Below the pieces are notes generated by a model, which had not been told where the DNA came from, searched no databases, and saw nothing but the letters and a program-made list of their open reading frames with translations. From positions 60,140,001 through 60,204,000 of the forward strand of contig NC_043005.1 of NCBI RefSeq assembly GCF_006345805.1: a DNA stretch of 64,000 nucleotides, written 5' to 3'. The position numbers and the translations under genes were made by a program. Positions within the stretch are counted from its first letter, which is position 1. Each line of letters begins with the position of its first letter. This DNA comes from Octopus sinensis. Its lineage: Eukaryota. Positions 11,890 through 24,544 of the stretch are shown piece after piece.

Positions 11890-14800
11890 TACTGCGTACA
11901 CACGAGGTAGATTTGTGAGTCCAGAAGGCAATGAATGAATTGTAGTTCCAAATTGCATTTATTGTAATTATTTCTATGCCAAGAGATTTTCGTCTTAAAC
12001 ACTTGAAAATCTATTTAGTGAGTAACGTCGATTATACCTAGAAGCCAAATCTTATTTAGTCACAGCATATTAATACTCTACAGTTTGAAGGTGTTTGATT
12101 CCTAATCACAAGGTTATTCATACAGTTTGGTTTCAATGATTTTAACATGATTTCTGTTGATTGGTTTGTTGAGCAAGTTTTAACGTTTAGATATACTGTA
12201 ACGATAATTGGATATGGAATTACGATTTCCTTTACTGAAAATGTGTGCTGATACGTTGACCGATATCACGGATTAACTGGAAGAACATCGTTCACCTGTT
12301 GACCTACTGGAATACTTTACTCTCTTACTATATACTACACGCAACAATTTGAGAATATCGTCTTGAACACTTATCTATAAATGCTATCAGAATTGATTAA
12401 ATTTGCAGAAATTTTAGCAGCGTAGACTAGATTCCAAGCACCTTTTATATATTAGTGAATGAAAACAAAAAAGAAATTATGTGATATTCATTCATATCTT
12501 TCCTTAGGATTTTAGTTTCAGAAATTAATGAAGCATTATAAATATGACTGCATAGTTAAGCATCTTACATTGCAGTTTGGTGGACTCGGGTGCGATCAAA
12601 TTGCAAAGAACCTTAGATGACTTCTTTGCTCTTGTGTTTTCCAAATTGGGTATTCGAAATTCGGTAGGCAAAAATCGTTAGGAATCTCGTTTGTACTCGT
12701 CCCTATTCTTGGGCTAATAGAATTATTTCACTTGCCAGTTTAACGCCATCAACTAACCCTTGTGCGTCATCTATGATGCAGTAATTCGAGCTATTGAAAT
12801 GTGTTTTAGTTTGAACGAAAAGTGATGACTGTGAACCATTGCAGGGACTCTGAGAATGGTTGGAGGTGAGAGCGAAACGCCTCCTCAAATCAAAAATATC
12901 ACCCAAATATTTTCAACAGATTGTGCGCTTTAAATAAAACTATTAAAATGTCAGGTGGCAGTGTTATGTTCATCTACGGTTGAAGACTACCGCCCAGTTA
13001 GGCTGTGGCAATATTTGTCCACAAAACGGATAGATCAGGTGCAAATATTACAATGCACCTGGGCCAATATTCTTACAGCCCCATTAATTTACTGCCGTGG
13101 GTTGTTACCTTTTTTTGTTATCACTCCTGAATTTATGTAATGCAAGGATGACCATAGACCATAGAACTAATCCCTGAAGATTTAGTGACATGATTCTGCC
13201 AATTCGAAGCTTAAAATGGGATATAGAAAGATGAACGAAGATAAGATTATAGTAAAACGTAATCGAAGAATGTTGTAATGAAATCAGAGTTGAAGAGATG
13301 TATTCTATATTTGTACATTGTTATCTATATCAAGCAACGTATGAAAATGCTACCAGAAACCGTCAATTTTACAAGGGTAGATTACGAGCAACAATGCAGT
13401 GGGAGACACGTAGAGTTACTGATCCCTCTGTCATAGGAGCTCTAACTCAACCAATTCCAGTATGAATCCCGTTTGAGGATCATTCACACCACTCTTCTCC
13501 AGGCTTGGATATCTTAAAAAGTGTTGTGATTGAGCGCTTCATTTCCACCACTAATTAAACGTTTTAAACAATTAGGGACTTGCTTTAATTTAGAGAGTTT
13601 GCTAAATTTAATTAAAACATCTTTCATCAATATTTTGATATTCATATACAGAAAATTATGAAAGAGTAAAAGAAAACATTGTAAATTTATATAAATACCA
13701 CAACAGGAAAGTTCATGTGATTGCTTAATATTTATCGATAATAAAGTTTTGATTGACACACTTGTTGAATGAGAAACAATTTTTGATTAATTTAGCTTTT
13801 AATTCATAGGAGTAATATTGTATCCACCCTGGAGAGGTGTTTGTCAAGTACAACGATTGTAGAATTAGAATTCAGTTGTGAATATTGTCTACATCTATTG
13901 CTCTTGACAAGTTAATGTATGTGCTATAACGATACAAACATTAAGATGAATCGAACAACAAATGATAGATGCACTATAAACAAACGGATGACGAAATGAA
14001 AGACCAATACAAAAATATACTCACAGTATTTGCAACTGGTAGAGTTAGCTACATGTTGTGAAACAACGCATTTACTGCCGCTTCTCTTTCGTTCGTATCT
14101 TCCCAATTCTCTGAAACCAAACTTGAAAATGTAATACTGAACTCACTTTTTTCCTATGACCAAAGGTTACCATTGAAATATTGCAGTGAAAAAAGTAACT
14201 TGATGGCATTTCGCCTCGTTAGTTTCAGAATGCCGCTGTCACTGAAACTCATGTGAACTATCATACCTTTTCTTCATAAATAATATGCTAACATTAAAGT
14301 ACCTTGCAGATTAAAACAATATTAGAATTTCAATTACAGGTTGATTGGTATTGACTTCTTTACTATTTTTGCGGTCGGACGTGAAGATAACATTTCTCAT
14401 ATTTTCTAACGTTTAAAGACTCCCTTTCTTTCTAGTGAAAAAGACAGTATCCAGTTGAGCAGAGGGGTGGCACAAGGGTAAATGTACTAGTTCTATTAAT
14501 TGCATATTTTTATATTCTGAATTACTTTGCTTTCTTCCGAACCGATAGTTACTTTCGTTTGTAGTCAACTGATAAGGAAATATCTGCTGTTGTGACTTAG
14601 ATTCAAGCTTTCCTTCATTTTCTGTCACTATAATAAAGGAAAAAGAAATACTTCTGCTGTATACTACACAACTTTTATTTCAGGTTTAGGCTTTATAATA
14701 ATACATTTTTAGCAGACACAACAAAATCTGACCCACAGAAGTGTTATCTTTTCTGTGTGCTTTTCTCCCGCTCCTCTCAACTTTGCTCTTCCTGAGATTT

Positions 14801-15650
14801 GTATGGTCATATATACTGTAGCATACAAGACCTACTCGTCTTTGCGCCATTCATCTTCAGGCGTGTGTGTCCACCCCAGACTTGCAATGACGTTCAGTCC
14901 TTCGTTACTTCACAGAATGTCCACCCTCAGGTATCTATTCTTTGCTTATATTTTCCCCATACGTGTCAATGTGCAACGATTTTTTAAAACGGATCATCAA
15001 CAATATCGATATCTCCGGTTTCAGATTGTCTCAAAGGCTATGGACATTGGACGCTCTTCTAGAATTAGTAAGTAAGAACATAATCTACAGAGAAGGGTTT
15101 CATAGAAATTTGACTGTGTGCTTCAGGTGAGTGATACGGACTCCATTTCTCATCTGCCAAAATCCCCAATTGCAGCTACTCGATAATAAAGAAAATTTGA
15201 TTTGTAGAATTTGAAAATAAAAGGATGAATAACTTTGGAAATCTATATATTTCTTCTCATTTACATCTTTGACTGTTATGAATCTGAAGCATAATTTCGG
15301 ATATACAATAGCATTGAATGTCAGATTCTTAATGTATTTCTTCTTTCATACTAAGGCGCCCTTGCATGTCAGTTGTTGTTTGGATAATTTTCTGCAAACT
15401 CTATCTTTGAAATATTGAAGATATGGGAAATTGTCTTCGCTACGACCGGAATTAGTTTCCTTTATTCGGAATTATTTCATGTATTCAGTATTATAATCTC
15501 TACCCACACAATACATTCACAACAACACACACACGCACACACAGAGTCATACCCACAGACACTTGAGCGCATATGCTCATGAAAGGAAATATAATTGCAT
15601 ATTTCTTTTCAATTCAATATTATTCGCAAACCGATTCACATACACGATTA

Positions 15651-15707
15651 TTATATATAGATTCTAATGATCGATGTGACACATCGATCATTAGAATGTA
15701 TATATAA
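15651..15707. repeat. Near-perfect palindrome / hairpin
   Basis: attctaatgatcgatgtg (15661-15678), A, cacatcgatcattagaat (15680-15697); extends past one mismatch into ttatatata/tatatataa. Confidence 0.95.
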
Positions 15708-16137
15708 CAATGCTGTGCGTTAATGTTGGTACATTAACGACAACATATGATTAATATTTATACTATAGATTCCGGTGTTTAGGAAAGCAACGTTAACCCA
15801 TCCAACCCAGATCTGAACTCACAACTCAGAAATACAACACAACATACTCTACAACGTTTAGATCTTTGTTCTAACCTTTGTACCTCCCTAGAAAATTAGC
15901 TCTAGTTTAATAATTATTTCGGAAAATACGGAAGTAATTTCGGATATGTTCCTGTTTAAGTGTGAGGCAAATGGTTTAGGTCAAATGTTCAATACCTGGC
16001 TAAAATTTCTTTCACAAACTAAATAAAGTCCTCGATATTTCGGTAAATAAGTGTGAAATATTATATGAACAGAATAATTGCAAATCACCATAGGATAAAC
16101 ACATTACACATTTTAATATCTTATTATGAATTCTGAG

Positions 16138-16348
16138 CGGAGGCGGCAAGCTGGTGGAGTCGTTACCGCGCTGGGCAAAATGTTTAGCGTCATTTTATTG
16201 CCTTAACAATCTGAGCTCGAATTCCGTCGAGGTTAATTTTTGCCTTTCATCTTTTCGCTAAAATAAGTACCAGTTTAAGCCCTGGGGTCACTGTAATTGA
16301 TTTACCCTTTACTTTGAAATTGCTGGCCTTGTGCCAAAAGTCTGAAAG
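16138..16348 (+). mobile_element. Degenerate SINE copy
   Basis: Homologous to 9456-9789 (ggcggcaagctgg...aataagtaccagtt...ggccttgtgcc). Confidence 0.8.
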
Positions 16349-17369
16349 GGCTTCATGAACGTTTGGAACAAAGTGACTTTAAAAACCTTACAGTCGTGAC
16401 CGATTTATGCAACGAAGTCAAATACATGCTAAATTGGAAAATAATAAAACTCAAATCAGGCAAGCAAAGAAGCAGTATCTTTTTCATGGGTGGGCAGGAA
16501 AAATAGTAAAAATACTTGTCTAAGTTACCTAGAGAAGAAGCAACTGAATAAAGTTGAGAATATTAAATTAAATATAGACACCGAAATCATACATCACCGC
16601 ACGTAATAATCTTACAATTCACAAGCACAATTCATGTAATACATTCTCCACACACATAATATACTGTCACTTAAAAATAGAATAATGCAACAGACGTATC
16701 TCCGCTCATAATCCTCTACAAACAATATAATCCTGGCACACGTGCCTCACTTTACAAAGAACCAGGCAATGATATACCAGAATATATTCTCTTAAGATAA
16801 TAGATATATGATACTATCATAGAAGCAACTCACACATCACACATACTATTCTGTTGCTCACCTATAATTTCACACAAGCAGTGGCGTTTAGCCGTCGTTC
16901 ACCAGTGAGTACAACCTCATAATTTGTACTACTCCTTCGCCAGTTGTTTTAGGTGACTAAACACGGACATTGTTCTAGCCTCTCTCGGAAACAAAAACAG
17001 ATAAAGCAATCTTGTGTATGATAACCAAAGGAAAACAGTGCTGCGTCAGTAGTCGATTGATATTCGTTTCCGAATATTCTTTTGTAGGATCGAAGTGAAT
17101 TTATATGCCTTGACCAAGGATCTAATATGTCCCCCAATCTAAATAGGAAACGAAACCATGACTCCACAGTCGAAGTCTCCCAGCCTAACTACTAGGTCAC
17201 AGGCCTTTTCATCAAACGCAACATAATTACCATTTGTCATTAAATCAACACACGCCATACTTACCAAAATTAGCATCCAATAAAAATACGAAAGAAAACA
17301 GGCTCCACAAAAACCACAACACAGCAGAAAAGCGCAACGCACATTGTACTTGTTAGATATACACAAGCG

Positions 17370-17771
17370 AAGGCGGCGAGCTGGCAGAATCGTTAGCACG
17401 CCAGGCAAAATGCTTACCGATATTTCGTCTGCCGTTACGTTCTGAGTTCAAATTCCGCCGAGGTCAATTTTGCCCTTTTATCCTTTCGGGGACGATTAAA
17501 TAAGTACCAGTTGCACACTCGGGTCGATGTAATCGACTTAATCCATTTGCCTGTCCTTGTTTGTCCTCTCTGTGTTTAGCCCCTCGTGGGTAGTAAAGAA
17601 ATAGGTATTTCGTCTGCCGCTACGTTCTTAGTTCAAATGCCGTCGAGGCATTTGCCTTTCATCCTTTCGAGGTCGATTAAATAAGTGCCAGTTACACATT
17701 GGTAGTCGATATAATCGACTTAATCCGTCTGTCTGTCCTTGTTTGTCTCCCTTGTGGGTAGTAAAGAAATA
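17370..17771 (+). mobile_element. Head-to-tail SINE dimer (second unit lacks the 5' head)
   Basis: Unit 1 ends gtaaagaaatag at 17604; unit 2 restarts at gtatttcgtctgcc. Confidence 0.9.
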
Positions 17772-17964
17772 TGTAGACACAACATTAAAGGAATATGAGA
17801 AACAACAACACAAAATCTATAAAAAATAAATAAATGTAATACTACACCCTTTTCTGACAACGATTCTCAGACCGCAGTGACCTGAAGAAGCAGAAATTCG
17901 TGAGCAAAGGTTTTTTTGAAAATGTGGATAATAATAATTATAGTAGTAGAAATCAATATTTCCA

Positions 17965-18080
17965 TTATTGGTACAAGACCAGTAATCTTGAGGGTTTAGT
18001 CAATTATATTGACCCACTACTTAACTGGTGCATTATTTTATCGACGCCAAAAAGATAAAAGGTGAGGTTGACATCGATAA
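17965..18080 (-). mobile_element. Degenerate SINE fragment
   Basis: Reverse complement matches the SINE body (ggtacaagaccag...actggtgc...aaaaggtgaggttgac). Confidence 0.6.
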
Positions 18081-18183
18081 TGTGACAAGCTAGTAGAATC
18101 GTTTGCGCCTTGGTAGAAACATATTTGCAGCAATTCCTCCATCTCTGAGTTCTTGTTTCTTCTATTTCAACTCATTTGAACTT

Positions 18184-18263
18184 GTAACAACAACAACAAC
18201 AACAATAATAATAATATAAATAATAATAACAATAATGATAATATATATTGCTTTTTATTATTA

Positions 18264-18332
<69 letters not shown>
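18184..18332. repeat. (AAC)/(AAT) followed by (TAT)n microsatellite
   Basis: Direct inspection. Confidence 0.95.
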
Positions 18333-18334
<2 letters not shown>

Positions 18335-19586
18335 AAAGACAAAAAGAAGACGAAGAGGAAAAACACAAAGGGGCTATGTACCAAGAATAATAGAAGACGT
18401 GGACTTATTAAAAGCATAATCAGTGACTGACTTTTAATGAATTCAACTACTTTTGGTCTCCTGAATCGTTTAACAAAAATGGTAAACTACATGTCACACA
18501 GAGAAATTTAACATGCATATGCATAATGAACTCAACAAAGTTTAATATTTCAGAAGCAGTAAACAACAGAAAAATATATTTTAGAATTCAACATGAAACG
18601 AAAGCTAAAAGAGGAAGTCACATAAACAATAAGACAGGAATGAAAGCGATATATCTTACCAAAAAGCACATGTATTCTGCTATATTAGATCTACGAATGC
18701 TTCTTTTATTATATATGTTATTCGACAGAAATACTTGAATACTTCGTAGAAGTCAAACGAATATGGTGAAACTAAACAGACACAAGAATCGAAATAGAAA
18801 CAGTTGGAAGATATATGATAGAAATATGTCACTTTCAAATAGAAGGAAACAAGAATCACAATGTAGCCACACAAAGAAAAGCACAATGTAAAAGTAGAAA
18901 TTATGTAATATATGGACACACGAAACGAAGTTTCTATTAAAAGAAACCCGAATTTGAAATCCCTTGCAATCAATTGTGTGTGCGTAGCAGAAGTGCCTCA
19001 CATTTAAAAGTAATACTTGTCGTAGAAAAGTTTCACTAGCATCATGATATTTTGCTTGGCCTATTTTGAGAAAGGTGACGGAAATAGAGGAATTTATACT
19101 CTAATCTGAGACCTCACAAATTCTGGCAACATAATGGAGTCTGCTATGCAAACATACAAATATCAGACTGTATTATGAAACGGCACAACTTATTGCATCT
19201 ACCATTTGAAAGATAGAATACTGCAAACCAACGTACACATAGGCTGTCAACCTATCAATAGATGATTTGTGAGTATCTTGACTCTAACAGAGGTTGCACA
19301 CTCCCGAAGAAAACGAAAATCGTATGCTATAACTAGAATTGACGTCACGGAACAACTGAGTCAATTTGCATTGTAAAAAAATACTTATCTGGATATACAA
19401 TATTCAGGGGAAAAAACATTGCTTATCGATTCCTTATTGGATTGAGGAAAGAGGTCGAACTTTGGCTGATCCTGAAACTGGTTGCTTTATGTGACACAAT
19501 GAGCATTGCATGACGTTCAACTTTTTCCCGTTTTCTCAAAGCATCTAAAAGTTTAATGGTGGCAGATTATGTCAAACAACACAGAA

Positions 19587-19646
19587 GTACCCAGGGGGTA
19601 CATTTAGTACCGAGAGGGTACATTTAGTACCGAGAGGGTACATTTA
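19587..19646. repeat. 20-bp minisatellite, 3 copies
   Basis: gtacccagggggtacattta, then gtaccgagagggtacattta twice. Confidence 0.9.
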
Positions 19647-19936
19647 GACTAAGACACTCTCCATGTGGTTTGCAGCTGTTGTAAAAATAGCAGGCAAATC
19701 TGCCTCAAATTACACCTACCCGAATTCATAACAATGGACATTTTTGAGAATGCAGTTGTAGGTGTTTGATAAAATGCTTTTGTCATGTTCAATCAGAGCT
19801 GATTTGGGGCTAGAAAACAATAACAAAAGCAATGGGTTGAGCTGGAAGAATGGCAGGGAATACCTGCTGAATATATCGTGTATTGGAATGCATTTCAGAT
19901 TTATATGATTACAAACAAACTACATTGTAGTAGAGC

Positions 19937-20116
19937 TTGTCCAAGTAAATCTCCAGCGAGATAGGAAAATCTACACAAATGAGAAACTGTAATAAATCTG
20001 CAACATGAATGACAATAATAAACTTTCATGGTTTGTCCAAGTAAGTCTCCCGCGGGATACGAAAATTTACACAAACGAGAAACTGCAATATGAATGACAA
20101 TAATAAACTTTCATCG
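19937..20116. repeat. Imperfect tandem duplication, period about 96 bp
   Basis: ttgtccaagtaa...gaatgacaataataaactttcat at 19937 and 20033. Confidence 0.9.
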
Positions 20117-20347
20117 TTGTTCTATTTTACATCTATCATTATCATTATTCAATTAGTTTGCAAATTTAAGCAATCGACTGCTTCATAAATCGTTCAGTCA
20201 GTCACTTAACCAACTAGGTTTGTCTTTTTGTTGTCAATCGTGACCTCATCAATAACATGCCCTCTATACTCCAGATGTGTTCCAGTTTACAGATTCTACG
20301 TTTATACGCTGAGAAGATGAATGATATGAGTTTAAAAGAAGAGAGAA

Positions 20348-20391
<44 letters not shown>

Positions 20392-20912
20392 TCAGACATA
20401 TAGACAGAGACTGGTAAGATATTCAGGACTCAATATCAAGAATATATCATCGACATATAAGGAGATTTTAACGTAAAATCCTACATGCTTATATCTGTAC
20501 GTACTTACATATTGGAAAGGGTGGATTTAGTATAGCCTTTGCTAAACGTCGACAAAAAGAGAACCTGTGGGGGCGTCTGAAAGAGTAGATACGAACTGGC
20601 CACAGTAATATAGAAGGAGATGGCATACGCCTGTCAAGATAGTTCACTATAGAAGATGTCTAGATTGCGGTAAAAGAGAAAACAGGGTAAGGTAATTGAA
20701 TTTGAGAGGTAGTGGTGGGAACGTATTCCTAAATCGAACGGCCTTTATTCAGATCCGATGTACCGAATTTATTACTAGTGTCTAGTCTCAGGTCGGTCTT
20801 GATCAAGGAGGGCTATGATGAAAGCTTTTCCAACTGTGGCTGTCACTCATTTTACTTTCCTATACATTTTATTGAGTTATCATTTATTTGATACATTCGT
20901 TTCTATGACTAG

Positions 20913-21089
20913 GAACTTTTTGAGAATGATTTCAAAGATGTTTCCAGCCGGTCGAAAGACAACGGAGAAGTTATTTTCTTTGTTTGGCTCCAGTATGATG
21001 GTGCTGTGGAGACCATACTCTCACAAATTATGTCAGACCAATATTTCCGCAAACCAGAACATCATAAGCAACTGCACCATCTCTTTTAA
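20913..21089 (+). CDS. Candidate terminal exon (ELFENDFKDVSSRSKDNGEVIFFVWLQYDGAVETILSQIMSDQYFRKPEHHKQLHHLF*), product unknown
   Basis: Open frame begins exactly after tttctatgactAG; 58 codons to TAA; AATAAA at 21095-21100; no upstream exons identified. Confidence 0.3.
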   Translation, partial: ELFENDFKDVSSRSKDNGEVIFFVWLQYDGAVETILSQIMSDQYFRKPEHHKQLHHLF

Positions 21090-21728
21090 GTTACAATAAA
21101 TAACTATTACTTATAAATCTGTACAAACATGCAGTTATACAAAAGATTGATCAGTAAATATATAAATATTCTATGTTTAAATTTGTTTCTGGCAGTTGCA
21201 TAAACTGCTATATTGCAATAGAAAGTATACATGGATATTGTAGATTATCATTTATTTTATGATTTTCTTTGAAGAATTAACAAACAATCTTTACTCATCT
21301 GCTTTGCATGGCGTGGCAAATTGTTGAATTATATTTTCAATACTTTTCCAGTAAATGAGATTCCTTTGAAAATAAATCTATATATTCTATTTGTCAATAA
21401 CTGTATCATGCAAATACTTTTTTGTCTGCATTGGTTTTGAGAGGGGGGAGTTGTGACTTTCAGACAGATGCTACGAATTGTAAAAACAGGAAATACATAA
21501 AGTTTATTATTCGGACAGATAACATTATTCAGATAACCATCTGCCCCTTTCAAATCGTATTTTAATATTTAAAGTTTTTGGTATACTAAATCTTCATATT
21601 AAATCTAATATTCATAATATCGTTCAACATAATATATTTTATGTCATTCCTTTCCTTAGACAAAGAGGAAAAAGAGAGTAAGTTGCAAAGCTAGGAAAGT
21701 AGATCAAATATGTATATATGGACAAGCT

Positions 21729-21855
21729 ACTGCAGAAATGGTATAAGTTTATTGATAATATTGGTGCATACTTTGATAAATAAAACTATTTCTTGTATAT
21801 ATAAAACATTAGCAACAGTTTTTCTTTCCTACAAATTTCATACTTCACAACCTAA
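21729..21855 (+). mobile_element. Solo mariner 3'-end fragment with TIR
   Basis: Inverted copy of 22279-22405; ends atttcatacttcacaacctaa followed by TA. Confidence 0.8.
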
Positions 21856-21886
21856 TATATATCGTCTATATACATATTTATGTTAT

Positions 21887-21980
<94 letters not shown>

Positions 21981-21982
21981 TA

Positions 21983-22042
<60 letters not shown>

Positions 22043-22278
22043 CGGAGATGTACTCGCATAGCAAGTAATTTGATCTGAGATCGTGTGCTGAAACGAAAAC
22101 AATTGCAGCGTGGAAGGTGTTTATAAGCCATTTAAGAAACACACAAAAGCCGTTCGATTCACTTCAACATTTAAGTTTAATTTGTCAAAATATTTTCGTC
22201 GCTAAAATCCATATATATGTGTGTGTGTATATGTATATGTATGTATTTATATATAAATATGTATATAGATGATATATA

Positions 22279-23329
22279 TTAGGTCGTGAAGTATGAAATT
22301 TGTAGAAAAGAAAAAATGGTGCCAATGTTTTAAAATACAACGAGTAGTTTTATTTATCAAAGTATGCACCAATATTATCAATAAACTTATACCATTTCTG
22401 CGGTAGTGGATGCAAGTCAGTGGATGCAAGATCAGGTGGGTATTGTGCATGACGGAGAACTTCCAACTCCAATTCTTATAGATTCGCCAATATCATTTTT
22501 GTGATTTGTAGTCTGAGGTTGTCTTGCAATACAATAAGACTGATCTAGGCTGTTTTTGTAAGTTTCTGCATCATTTGGTCCAGTTGGCTGCAGTATACTT
22601 CGGACGTGATTGATGAGACAGGTTTAATGAAATCATAATGGATCACACCTGCTCCAGATCACCAAACACACAGCGTTAGCATCCTTTGATAAATTTTGCA
22701 TTTCGGACTGTGTTTTGGTGGCTCGTCTTTGTCCAACCATTGTGCCGAACGTTCAGCGTTGTTGTGTTGTGTCCATTTTGAATCACATGCTACAATACGA
22801 TTAAAAAATGACTCGTTTTGGAACCCACTTATCCAATTTTTTTCACTTCACCGATTTGAACTAGGTGTGTCAATATTATTTGCTTGCTATAACCAAACAA
22901 CAATGATCATTCTGAGGCATTTTGAGATGGATCTGACTCGACGGTGCATTATCCACCTTTTTTCTGGTCGACCACATTGTTCATTTGTGAGGTTAAAGTT
23001 ACCAGAACGAAATTTTGCAAAACATTTTGATGCAGTCTGCTGTGTAATTGCAATGAAATACTCATTTAATATTCCGAGCTCCCTGTGATGCTGTATTTCC
23101 AAGGAAGAACTCATACTTCAAAACTGTATGAATTTCCGTCTTATCCTTCTCTAAAAAAATAGCAAAAACGATTTATAAATTGTGTATAAGGCGCAAAATG
23201 AATAAAGAAATAGATATGTCATCTTCCTAACAAAAGATAAGGATTGTCAAAATATGATAATAATGCAAAATGAACAGCTGTTAAAGTTTACTATATAGCT
23301 TACTACATATTTCATACTTGGCGACCTAC
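22279..23329 (-). mobile_element. Internally deleted mariner (cecropia/Hsmar1-like)
   Basis: TIRs ttaggtcgtgaagtatgaaat (22279) and atttcatacttggcgacctac (23309-23329), TA-flanked. Remnant motifs FAKFRSGNFNL..GRP, KWVP, RIVACDSKW, SAQWLDKDEPPKH, LQDN, YPPDL. Confidence 0.9.
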
Positions 23330-23342
23330 TATATATAATATG

Positions 23343-23406
<64 letters not shown>

Positions 23407-23902
23407 CAACGAAATCTTCATTTTATTTCCTTTGATCGTTTTTATAGAACTTCGTTTAATGGATTAATTCTTATAATGAACATTTGCGTACATATATTCA
23501 TACGGATATAAGAAATTCGTAAATAAGGTATGATAAAATAGACATTGGAAACCCAGGAAATAATTCCCTTAGAGGAAGAAGTAAATTTTCATGCGGATAA
23601 ATATTATATATATATATATGTGTGTATGTGTGTATGCGCGTGTGTGTGTGTGTGTGCGTGTGTGTGTGTGTGTGTGTTTGTATATATATACTTGTTGAAA
23701 TGGAAAGATGAATTATCTCGTTACGGATTATTCAAAAGTTTAACCGATACCTGGGTAGCAAAAATCACAGCAGAAAAAACACGGTTGGAGTTATGACCAT
23801 AGGGTGTTGCAACCGTGCGTTGGCGCGGATAATTGAAGTTTAATATAATTAGTGAATGGAAGAAATGGAGCTGAACGAAGATTCTACAGAATTCCTTTTA
23901 TT

Positions 23903-23988
23903 ACATTCTACACATGTTTCAAAGGCCACAAATTTCCAAATTCTGATTGAATAAGGATACCATATTGCAGCTTTCTCTTCAGGAAAAT
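23903..23988 (-). ncRNA. Near-intact type I hammerhead ribozyme motif
   Basis: Minus strand: AUUUUC CUGAAGA GAAAGC [long loop] GGCCUUU GAAAC AUGU GUA GAAUGU. Core complete; stems I and II each contain a mismatch and a wobble. Confidence 0.6.
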
Positions 23989-24092
23989 CCAGGAATTACG
24001 ATGTCCAAACAAAACAAAGGCGCAGCAAGCAACACGAACAAGAACGCTCCCATGATGTGTGTGTATGTGTGTGTGTGTGTGTATTTGTGTAC

Positions 24093-24157
<65 letters not shown>

Positions 24158-24212
24158 GAAAAGATAAATCCGGAGAAGCACCTCACGCTAAGAAATAGAG
24201 CAGTCTATATTC

Positions 24213-24544
24213 ATTACTGGTGAAGGCCGGCTTATACGAACCTGGGTTTCTCGACATAAAGTGTACCTTTATGGCGTATCTTCAGACAGTAGGACCTGTT
24301 GGACTAGGGCCTCTTAAAAATTTTATTTATAAGAATTTTTCCATATTTAAGGAGACTGCGGTCTTCGTAAAATATGTAGAAGCGCTGCGTTGGTTAGCTA
24401 TTTGATGGAGAGCACATGGACAGTGCGAAAAACTCCGTCCACGTAGCGTAAAAGATTGTTTTTAAGGCCAGCAGATGTTAATGTTTCATGATACCCGATG
24501 AAGGAAACCGAGGGTATCCCTATAAACCTGCCTTAATCAGTAAT
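24213..24544. mobile_element. ~330-bp unit bounded by ~38-bp imperfect inverted repeats
   Basis: attactggtgaaggccggcttatacgaacctgggtttc versus reverse complement of the right end attactgattaaggcaggtttatagggataccctcggtttc. Confidence 0.5.

Noticed and set aside
19587-19646. CRISPR-like palindromic repeats
   Set aside because: The units are contiguous with no spacers, and the context is eukaryotic.
20510-20690. IGKGGFS kinase-like glycine loop (+) and an open splice-bounded segment (-)
   Set aside because: The + frame has several stops and no further kinase motifs; the - strand peptide is unrecognisable.
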